Origin: Candidatus Saccharimonadota bacterium
GTDB lineage: Bacteria > Patescibacteriota > Saccharimonadia > Saccharimonadales > JACDBH01
Reading direction: 5' to 3'
Length of the DNA stretch: 64,000 nt
Assembly (NCBI GenBank): GCA_028289135.1
Contig: JAQGGW010000001.1
Coordinates: 76,018-140,017, forward strand
In this document: positions 19,021 to 28,800 of the stretch, piece after piece
Layout: each line of letters opens with the position of its first letter
Position numbering within the stretch: the stretch's first letter is position 1
Translations under genes and position numbers: made by a program
Notes under the pieces: generated by a model
Told to the model about the DNA's origin: nothing
What the model saw: the letters and a program-made list of their open reading frames with translations, nothing else
Databases searched by the model: none

Positions 19021-19788
19021 TTAGTTTGCTCCTTCAAGCCTGGTTAGAAATTCTTTGCTTAATTGTTTGTAGGCCCGGGCGCCCTTAGACCATTTGTCAT
19101 GCTCGGAAATGGGCTGGCCAAAACTCGGGGCTTCGGCCAAACGGACATTGCGCGGGATAACTGTGCTAAAGACCTTATCGGCAAAATGCTTTTTGACTTC
19201 GGCCATAACCTGATCACTCAGACTTGTCCGGCTGTCGAACATTGTCAACAGAACCCCCAATATTTCGAGCTTTGGATTAATTGCTTCTTTGACGCGTTGG
19301 ACAACACTAAGTAATTGGCCCAAACCCTCGAGCGCGTAATATTCGGTTTGGACTGGGATCATAACAAAGTCAGATGCGCTTAAGGCGTTGATGGTCAAAA
19401 GCCCTAAACTTGGCGGACAATCTATGAGGATAATGTCATGATTAAACTGTTCTAACATCGTGCGAAGCTGGAGTTCACGCTGAAGCGAACTAACCAGCTG
19501 GACTTCTGCGCCGGCTAAATTAGCATTGCTCGGGAGTATTTGTAGACCTTCAATATTGGTATCCATGAGTATGTTCGGAGCAGCCGCGTGGTTAAACAGC
19601 GCGTCGTACAATGTTTCGTTTAGAGACTGTTTGTCTATCCCGAGCCCAGAGGTGGCGTTGCCTTGGGGGTCAAGATCGACTAGCAAAACCGACTTCCCTG
19701 CTTTTGCCAAGTAGGCACCAAGATTAACAGCGGTGGTTGTTTTGCCCACGCCGCCCTTTTGGTTAAGAATCGCAACTGTCCTGCTCAC
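19021..19788 (-). CDS. parA: chromosome partitioning ATPase ParA/Soj
   Basis: 255 aa with the deviant Walker A NQKGGVGKTT. GTG start with an AAGGGG SD. Confidence 0.93.
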   Translation of the reverse strand: MSRTVAILNQKGGVGKTTTAVNLGAYLAKAGKSVLLVDLDPQGNATSGLGIDKQSLNETLYDALFNHAAAPNILMDTNIEGLQILPSNANLAGAEVQLVSSLQRELQLRTMLEQFNHDIILIDCPPSLGLLTINALSASDFVMIPVQTEYYALEGLGQLLSVVQRVKEAINPKLEILGVLLTMFDSRTSLSDQVMAEVKKHFADKVFSTVIPRNVRLAEAPSFGQPISEHDKWSKGARAYKQLSKEFLTRLEGAN

Positions 19789-20011
19789 CTATTTACCCCT
19801 TATATCTACCCCTTAGGTTACCATAAAAACACTTACATTTCACGGACTTTTCACGCATCCCCCACAAAGCAGGCTTTGCGGGGACCCCTGATGGAAGATA
19901 GGCATATGCTAATGCTATTTGAGCGAGTTACAGTCTATTATAACCCGATAGTTAACTAGCCGTATAATACTAGCATTCCACTATTACACTTAACACCCCT
20001 GTTTTCCCCGC

Positions 20012-20977
20012 CTACTCATTCAAATTTGCAGGCGCGGCACTAGTAACGTAGTCATAAACCATCTTGGAGATTTCAGATATGTGCCGGCTGGCTTCGGGGT
20101 CGCTTTGTTTTAGCATGACACAGAGCGAGTATTTGCGGTTAGGGACATAGAAGATACCGCAGTCGCTTTGGACTTCTTTGTTAAACGTGCCAATTTTGTG
20201 AGCCACAACTACACCGTCTGGTATCTGGGCGGTTAGGCGGTCGTTAAAGCTGGACTGGCTCATGTAGCTAAGTATCTCTTGGGAGTCGCTGAGCTTAAGG
20301 TAGCAGGAGAAATACAGGCATTTGAGGAGGGATGTGTATGACTGAGCGCCAATCTGGACTTGGTCAGTGCTGGTTAGTTGAAAATCAATGTCCAGATAGT
20401 TAATGGCTTCTTCTTTGGGCTGCATTTTTGCGTTTTGCAGTGCGTCCAGGATCATCAGAACGGCAGTGTTGTCGGAGTCTTCCATGGCAAGCTTGGCCGC
20501 GTCGCGGTAGGTCAGCATGTAGCCAGCACCTTTTTTATAAAGCTCGCCGTACTGGTCGTTGAGCCATTCGGTCTTGAGAGCTACCTTTTTATCAAGATTA
20601 ACTTTGCCCTCTTCGGATAGTTTGTAGAGGTTCATGACAAACGGTACTTTGATCAATGACGCGCCGGTAAAAGCGCGGGTTTCGCCGTAGCCAAAGGATG
20701 TTCCGGTTGGCAAATACTGAAAGTAAATGCTGGCATTATCCTTGCCGATGTTTTTGTCGGCGTAATCTCTTACTTGGTTGCGCACATCGGTAAAGTCGAG
20801 GATAACGTCGCTTTGCTTGTCGGAAAGGATGGACCGGGAAAGGAGGTTGTAGGCAGCATTACGCTTGTCGCTACTGTGCATGTCTTTGTTATGCTCGTAC
20901 TTTACAGCCCCAAAGCCAACACCGGCGAGCGCGCCGAGCACCAAAACAACCGCAACAATTAGTTTCTTATACTTCAT
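20012..20977 (-). CDS. membrane-anchored class-A beta-lactamase-like serine hydrolase
   Basis: SxxK (ASLIKV), SDN (EDSDNTA) and a KxG-like motif (HKIGT). Start taken at MKYKKLIVAVV (ATG 20977) with AAGAGGG upstream; the track start is 21082. Confidence 0.75.
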   Translation of the reverse strand: MKYKKLIVAVVLVLGALAGVGFGAVKYEHNKDMHSSDKRNAAYNLLSRSILSDKQSDVILDFTDVRNQVRDYADKNIGKDNASIYFQYLPTGTSFGYGETRAFTGASLIKVPFVMNLYKLSEEGKVNLDKKVALKTEWLNDQYGELYKKGAGYMLTYRDAAKLAMEDSDNTAVLMILDALQNAKMQPKEEAINYLDIDFQLTSTDQVQIGAQSYTSLLKCLYFSCYLKLSDSQEILSYMSQSSFNDRLTAQIPDGVVVAHKIGTFNKEVQSDCGIFYVPNRKYSLCVMLKQSDPEASRHISEISKMVYDYVTSAAPANLNE

Positions 20978-21109
20978 TAATACCCTCTTTGCTAGGCTGC
21001 AGTATGACAGATATGAGGTGTTAAATCTATGGGTGTTGGATGATAAAAGCCCGGATCTAGGCTCCGGCTGGTTGCCAGGCATGGAGGTAATGCTTTAGTA
21101 TGGGGCTAT

Positions 21110-21694
21110 ATGGATGAAGAGACGGCGAAAGCTAGCGAGCCGGCAGTAGCTGTAAAAAAACCAGCGCGCACGCGCAAAAAAGCACATGGCAAACTGCCGG
21201 TTATTTTGGCAAGTGTTTTTGGAACATTGCTTGTTTTGGGCGGAGGCTATGGAGCATGGGTGTTTTTACACCGGGTGGTGAGCCCCGTGCCAAAAGCCAT
21301 CCGCGCCAGCGTTAACTTCCCTGTCTACTACCCCGACCAAAAGAAGCTACCCGTGGGCTATACGCTGGATTTACATTCATTTAAAAACCCACACCCCAAT
21401 ACCTTGCTGTATAACGTAACGTACGGCAATGGCAAAAAGCTGGTGTTTGCATTGCAGGTAAAACCATCGGACGATGACATCCAGAGCTTTTATGCCAACC
21501 TAATTCCGCTTAGGAACAAAATGGATGTCCCGGCTGGGCACGCTGAAATTGGGGCCTATAACAACGGTGGCAAAATCGACACCCAGTCGGTAATTAGCCT
21601 GCCGACAGCAACTAATACGTGGATAATAATAACTGGTCCCGGTGACATTGACCAGGGCCAGTTAAAGCAGGTTTTGACGTCTATCCGCAGTTAG
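21110..21694 (+). CDS. single-pass membrane protein, paralog 1 of a three-member family
   Basis: 194 aa: basic tail (KKPARTRKKAHGK), one TM, then the ecto-domain opening PKAIRASVNFPVYYP. Same architecture as 39869-40480 and 56589-57464. Confidence 0.7.
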   Translation: MDEETAKASEPAVAVKKPARTRKKAHGKLPVILASVFGTLLVLGGGYGAWVFLHRVVSPVPKAIRASVNFPVYYPDQKKLPVGYTLDLHSFKNPHPNTLLYNVTYGNGKKLVFALQVKPSDDDIQSFYANLIPLRNKMDVPAGHAEIGAYNNGGKIDTQSVISLPTATNTWIIITGPGDIDQGQLKQVLTSIRS

Positions 21695-22770
21695 ATGGCA
21701 ATATGTCCAATACAGGTGTTACCATTGTCATTGCTGTTCGTTAGATCTGGGCAAATAACATTGTCCCAGGTTGCTCCTGTGAAGTTTGCTCCAGTGTAAG
21801 TGCTTGTTGCCTCAAGGTAATAACCTTGTGCAAAATGTGCGTTAGTGAAGTTAGTATTTGTGAAATTGTCATTATCAAATCCACTGCCGCCAATAAAGCT
21901 CTGACCGCTAAGATTAGCCCCAGATAAATTACTATCAATTATTGAAAATCCTACACCCGTTCCAGTGCCAGATAGGTTTGCATTGGAAAAGTTACTCCCA
22001 GCCTGAATATTAGTACTTTCAAATTTACTACCGCTTAAATCTCGTCCGCTTAAATTCTGACCATTGAATTGTGCTAAGTAAAAATTTAGCCCAGTAAGAT
22101 TAACACTATTAAGGTTAGTATTACCAAAAATGGCAGAAATCGTCTGGCCTGAACCAAACGTAATACCCGAAAGATTTGCATTTGTTAGATCAACATTACT
22201 TAAATTTAAACTAGATAAATTCCTTCCTGAGAGATCTACTGAGTTTAAATTGGAGTTAGTAAAGTTAGCATTGCTCAAGGTTGAGCCTAGAAAAATTGCG
22301 GCTTTCAGATTAGCCCCAGTGAAATTCGAATTGCTCAGGTTAGAGCTAGTAAAGTTAGTCTTTTCGGCATTTGAGCCAGTCATATTAGCACTACTTAGGT
22401 TTGAGCTAGTGAAATTGGTATTTTTTAAGACAGACCGAGAAAAATCTGTACCTGTAAAGTTAGTGTTGGATAGATCCCAGTAAACCATATTGGAATCGGA
22501 TAAATCTGCTCCGGCGGGGTTTGTGCGTAGGGGGGTTTTGCCTCCTTGGCTCCAATTTAGGGCAGTTTCGCTGCCTGAGCAGGTGGCTGAAGCGGAGTCT
22601 ATTATTTTAAGTGTCCCGGTGCTGTTTTTGTAGCAGCTATGGATTGTGCCGCTGGCATCCGGTATTGCTGCCAATACAACAGCCGAGACCAAGCCGCCCA
22701 CCAGCGAAGCAATTGCCAGCCCCAAAGCATAGCTTCCCTTGCGTGTTAAGAACTTAACAAGCTTTTTCAT
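21691..22770 (-). CDS. secreted pentapeptide-repeat protein
   Basis: An N-terminal signal/anchor is followed by ~45 consecutive A(D/N)LxX-type pentapeptides (NLSSANMTGSNAEKTNFTSSNLSNSNFTGANL...), with Cys pairs at both ends. The ATG at 22770 is preceded by AAAGGGG. Confidence 0.85.
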   Translation of the reverse strand: MKKLVKFLTRKGSYALGLAIASLVGGLVSAVVLAAIPDASGTIHSCYKNSTGTLKIIDSASATCSGSETALNWSQGGKTPLRTNPAGADLSDSNMVYWDLSNTNFTGTDFSRSVLKNTNFTSSNLSSANMTGSNAEKTNFTSSNLSNSNFTGANLKAAIFLGSTLSNANFTNSNLNSVDLSGRNLSSLNLSNVDLTNANLSGITFGSGQTISAIFGNTNLNSVNLTGLNFYLAQFNGQNLSGRDLSGSKFESTNIQAGSNFSNANLSGTGTGVGFSIIDSNLSGANLSGQSFIGGSGFDNDNFTNTNFTNAHFAQGYYLEATSTYTGANFTGATWDNVICPDLTNSNDNGNTCIGHIAI

Positions 22771-22868
22771 ACACACCCCTTTATTATGTTTACGTTCTCA
22801 GGATAGGCTTATTGGGCTTAAAAAGACATAAGATTTTTATCACATTATTAGTAAGGTAAGTCTACCGA

Positions 22869-25800
22869 TTAATTTCCGGTTACGATATACTGTTCCATCG
22901 TTATATTATTACCGGCAGCACTTGCACCAAATGCAGGAAATAGATAGAGATTTTTTGCAGAAGTAGAGACAACTGTTGTAGCTGTGGTAGTGTACATACT
23001 CACACTGGTACTTGTGGTTGTGGTTGTAGCATTACTAAAATAGCCCTGCCCCATCATGGTTGTAGTACTGTAGCAGATTATATAGTAATCGAGATGCCAA
23101 CCTAGGTTAACTGCTGCAGCACCACTCGAGACCGGCACCGAGGCAATCCCGATAGGACTAGCACCATCGTTTGTACGTGTGGTACCATCCGTACCGTAGT
23201 AGACACCCATTCCCACCGTCACAGCAGCTGTAGTGTTGTATACACCACTTGCAAATATATGAATTGTTTTACCTGGCTTACAGAAGTTTGCCGGAACTGG
23301 TGCAGTTCCAATCGATGCACAGGTCGCCAAACAGGTAGAGACGGATCCACTAGCAGCAGTATTTGAATACAATAACCCATTACAAGGCAACCAGGAGCCC
23401 GCAATACCACACATTGCCCTGTGGTCTGTGGAGCTATAGAACATACCTCCGTCTACTTCGGTACCAGCTGTAGCTCCAGTTGAACCATTCAAGAATGTTG
23501 CATCAGTGTCCCAGTCCAGTACGAGAGGTGTGGTATTTGCGTCTTGTACGCCAACGACGACGTTGCCGTTTAGGCTGTCGACTGTCAGTAGGTTGGTGGC
23601 GGCGGCGTTTTGGATCTTGAATTCTTCGGTGGAGTTGGAGGTGTTTTTGAACACTGTTGGCGAGGTGATGGTAGCATTAATGAAGAGGCTGCCAGCTGCA
23701 TATTCGGATGCGGTGGCTGCGGCTTCGAGCTGGACGCCGTCGATCCAGAACGTGTGGGCGGTAGCGGCTGTTTGGACAATGGCAATGTAGGCAGTAGCGC
23801 TTGGGGTTGTAACAGCAGTGGTAAACGAACAGACATAGCGGGTCCAACCGTTAAGGTTCACAACCTGAGGAGTTAAGCCACCGGTTGGTGTACAGTCAAT
23901 AAACGTCGTACCGCCATCAACCGAGTAGCGGCCCTTGATGTCAGTAAATGTACCGCTGCTAAGCTTGGCGTACCACGACAGCGTATAGGTGGTTGATATG
24001 GCAAGCTGGGTGGGTTGGACATTGCCGGTAATAAATCTAGCTCCGGAGTTTGCAGTTGCACTTGTAACTTCTCCTAAGGAAGCTGTTCCAAGCCAGGCCT
24101 GGCTTGTTTCACGAGTCGGGAGGGCTCCACCCAGCTCTGGCCCCCAGCCTAGTAAGTTCACTTCAAAACCAGGGTTGGTAATAATGTTACTATCAGTTGT
24201 ATCAATATTAAAGATATTAGTACCGGCGGCGTTTTGAACAGTTAGAGCGTTGGCTGAATTAAAGCTATTTTGAAGCGTTACAGGACTTGTAATAGTGCCA
24301 CCTAAGGATATTTTACCCTCACGGTAGTTAGCGTCACTGTTAGCATCGGTCTGCAAAGTTACTCCGTCAATATAGAAAGTGTGGATATTTGCATCAGTTT
24401 GCTTAACATAAAAGTACGGTGTTCCGGATGGTGCCAGAGTAAAGAAGCTACAAGTAACACGTACCCACTGTCCTGCCCTTAACGTTGATGTGTTTATATT
24501 ACAGTTTCCATCAGTAACACCGTCCTTCGCATAACCTACCGCAAGAGTTGACATACTCTTGCTTGTGCTGTCGAGCATGATGTATAAGCTCGCCGTCCAT
24601 CTTCCTGAAGGAAGCGAAACGTTATAGATGGCGCCCTGGTCAATGGTTGCTTGGGTAGTAACTTTGAGCGAGCTGCTGCCGCTGTAGCCTTTGTTTGGCT
24701 CACGGGCGAAGGTTGTAGGCGTTGTGCCCTTGGCTGCCCAGCCGGTGGTGTCTGTTTCGATGCTGGCGTTGGTGATGACGTTGTTGAGGTTGCCAACGCT
24801 CGTGTCCACAGATAAGACCGTGCTGGTTGAGCTGCTTCCGACCCTAAACGCGTCGGTTGTGCTGCTGGAGATGTTTAGGGCGCCGCCAATGGATAGGTCG
24901 CTGGTAAAGCTTCCTGAATATGCTTGGACGGTATTGTTGACGATAACTGATCCTGCGCTATTCATGGCATACTGGTAAATTGCAGCCCCGGTGTAATCTG
25001 TTGTGTAAAGGTAACTCCCCTGGATGTAAATATTGTCCGTAGAACTACCATTTGTAGTTGTGGCGGTAAGGACTGGCAAAGAAGGCGTGCTGATGTCGAT
25101 GGTGTAGATTTTGTTATCAGCACCAGCGACGTAAGCATAACGTCCTTTTACAAAAATGCTGTACGGCATACCCCAGTGAGCGCGTGAAAGATAGTCGTTA
25201 TTTGTGATGTAGAGAGTTCCGACCTGGACCGGTGTGGCTGTTGGATTGCTGACGTCTAATATGCGAACTATGCCACCGTCTGTCGCGTAGACATACTTGC
25301 CCTGAACATAGAGGCTTAGCATGTTAACCTGTGTGCTCGTTGACACAATAACAGGACTAAACGGATTGGAAATGTCTACAATCTTTAGAGTTGAAGCATT
25401 CGAAGCACCACCGCCTGCAACATAGACATACTTGCCCTTTAGTACAATGGAGTAGCTTGCTGACATTGCCGTTGTACTTAGCGATACCGGCGTTACGGGG
25501 TTTGTAATGTCGAATATCTGCATGCCAGTTGAGCCCACAACGTAGGCGTAATTACCCTGCACCCAAACACTCGCATTGGTCTGGTAGGTTGTTTCGGCCG
25601 ATCCATTTTTTAATACTGGTGCAAAAGGATTTGAGATATCGTAGATAAATATCTTGGCGACAGTTTCATCAACAAGATAAGCATAGTTTCCAGAGATATA
25701 TATCCCATTAAGGCTACTTGCTAACGGCACTGCTGTTGTACTTGCGACTGACGAAGTGGACATATTAGTGATCTGGAAGCTTGTGCCATTATTGATCGTG

Positions 25801-28800
25801 TAAGCATAATCACCAACGACAACAAGCCCCCACGGAGTCGCAGCTGTGGTGACACTAGAAAGCTGTGTTAGTGTTGGCGCGCCGCCAACAGAAACTACGC
25901 CGTTGAGAGTGTCGGCAGTTAACAAGCTCGTGCCAGCGGCATTCTGAACTTGAAGTGCGTTGGTTGAGTCGGACTTATTACGAATGAGTGTAGAGGTATT
26001 TATAATGCCATTGAAGCTTATGCTGCTGTCTTGGTATGCGACAGGGTTAACGATGTTGGCATTGTTTGTAAGCTGCACATCGTCAATCCACCAGTTGCGG
26101 GTTACAAGGTCGGTTTGCACAATGTATATAAATGCGCCAGCGGCAGGAGCGGTGTTGTCAGTTGTAATAGTACAGCTAAAGCGGCTCCAGTTTGTCGTGA
26201 CTGTGCCCAAAGATGTTTTACAGTCAGAAACTGTAACGCCGTCACGTTCGTACCCAGCGGTAAAGGTACTGAATGCTGCAGACGCCTTGGCCCAGAAACT
26301 AAGCGTGTAGCTACTGTCTATATTAAGCTGTGTTGGGTTTGTGTTTGCGGTTATGTAGCTTGTTCCGTCGCGCCCACCGGGAGTTAATACGGTCATCTTT
26401 AGGCTGTTTGCGCCGTTATAACCAGTTGTAGTATCAAGTGTCATATTGACTGGAGCGCCAGAACCAGTCTTCGTCCATGGAGCCGCAACGCCTGCTGTTT
26501 CAAAGCCTGTGTTCCCTATTTGAGCCTGGGTGATGGCCGTACCGGCTTCAAGCTGGAGGCTGTCAATATAGAGACTTCGGCTCGTGGTGTCGAGCTGCTT
26601 GATTGCAAGATATGCGGTACTAGCAGGCGCTGTGCCGTCGGTATTAATTGTGCAGCTTACGCGCGTCCAACCACCTGAAGTGATGATGGTTGTGGCATTA
26701 TATACAGCACAATCAGTTTGTGTCGCTGTCGTACCATCCCGGGCATAAGCAATGGTCAGTGGATTTGGTAAACTCATGCTGCCAGAGGCGAGACGTGCAT
26801 AGAAGCTGAACGTGTATGTGGTACTGGTTGCAAGCACTGCACCGATATTGTAGCGAGCACTGTTATTAGCTGCTGTGCCTGTGGTAAAGAGTAAGCTGTT
26901 GGTAGCAGCATACGCCTGCGCACTTGTTTCCTGTACGCTTGCATTTGTTCCGTTTGCCGTCCAGCCCGTTAATGCTCCTTCAAAACTAGTATTGCTGGTA
27001 AGTGTGTTTAAGGTGGTTGTGTCTACATTAAGTACAGCCGAACCGATGGAGTTTTGAATCTGGAAAGCCGCACTTGAGTTTATTATATTTTTTAGCGCAA
27101 GCCCGCTGTTGGACAAATCAAACAAGCTACCCGTACCTGATGTGTTCATAACGCGCAGCCGGTTGTTAGCAACTGTCGTCCCAGAAAGAACAGAGAAAGT
27201 GGCAGAATTTGTATTTATGACCGCCAAATCCAAGTCATTATCGTTATTAAAATCACCTGTAATGATAGCTAACGGCTGCGATCCTGTTGTGTAATCAGTT
27301 TTAGAGGTTGCTACTGGTGGGCTGGCACCGAATTGGCCAGATCCTAAGCCTGAGTTAGTGAAGATGGATACAGTATTAGAAGATGTATTCGTGACAGCTA
27401 TATCCAAGGTGCCGTCTTTGTTGAAGTCGCCGGCGATGATGCCGCGTGGGCTAGTACCAGTGCTATAATCAACTCTTGTTGTCGCAGTAATTGGGTTTGC
27501 GCCGGATCCAAACTGTCCAGTACCCACGGCTGAATTTATAAAGATAGACATGGTAATGGAGTTATTATTAGTAGCGGCAATATCCAGCTTACCGTCTTTG
27601 TTGAAGTCGCCGGTGACTATGCCATATTGAATACTGCTCGTTGTATAGTTTGCTAGAGTCGTGGCAGCTGGTGGGCTGGCACCGAACTGGCCAGTGCCTA
27701 GGCCGGAGTTAATCAAAACACTTATAAACAATGAGCCGGCATTGGCTATGGCAAGATCAAGCTTACCGTCGCCGTTAAAGTCGCCTGTAGAAATAGCTGT
27801 CGGGTTGGTACCAACGGTGTAGCTCACTAGAGTTGTGAATGTAGGTGGGGAGGTACCAAACTGAGTCGTACCTAACCCGGAGTTAAGAATAATTGATATG
27901 GTAGCTGATGAGAAGTTAGTTATGGCAAGATCAAGCTTACCGTCGCCGTTAAAGTCGCCTGTAGTGATTCCCTGTGGCGAGCTGCCAACTGAATTGAAAT
28001 CTGTTCTTGCACCGAAAGTTCCATTCCCTATACCCATAAAGATAGATACAACGTTATCCGAATTAGCAACAGCAAGATCAAGGTTGCCGTCTTTGTTGAA
28101 GTCGCCGCTTGTAATGCCAACCGGGAAATTCGCAGTATAATAAGCTACTTTTGGACCAAATGTTCCATTGCCCAAACCTAGAGAAACATTAGTGTTAAAA
28201 GTAATTGATTCGGTAGAAGCAATGTCTAAAATTCCGTCTTTGTTGAAGTCGCCGGTGGTAATGGCCTGCGGTGTGCTGCCTGCGCTATAGTCTACTTTTG
28301 GATCAAACAAGTTTGCAGAGCTACCGCCTATAGTAGTGTTACCTTGGCCGTCAACACGCAGCAACTGGCTTGTACTCTGCCCGTATATACTAAGCGCGTC
28401 GTTAACACTATTATTATAAATACTGAGGCTTGGGTTAGTAGTTTGAGTAACACCAAGTTCTGCATTGATCATTACTGTGAGACTTGGACCGCTTGAACCA
28501 GTCGATGATAGGTCAAGATTTCCATCGTTATTGTAGTCCGCAGCCGATATTCCACCGAGTCCCAAAGCAGCAGTATAATCAATTTTCGCACTAAATGTGC
28601 CATTACTGTTACCCAAAAGAACAGAGACAATATTTCCCCCTCCTGCACTAGTTACCATAAGATCAAGATTTCCGTCTTTATTGATATCACCGGTAACGAT
28701 TTTTACTGGTGTACTGGCTGTTGCGTAGTCTACTTTTGTACCAAATGCGCCATTGCCTAGTCCTAAAAGAACTGACACTGTATTTGAACCCTGGTTCACT

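Noticed and set aside
19859-19883. A GC-rich 10-bp hairpin (minus sense CCCCGCAAAG-CCUG-CUUUGUGGGG) between the beta-lactamase-like gene and parA, considered as a terminator.
   Set aside because: No U tract follows on either strand, so I cannot call it an intrinsic terminator. It may be a stability element or fortuitous.
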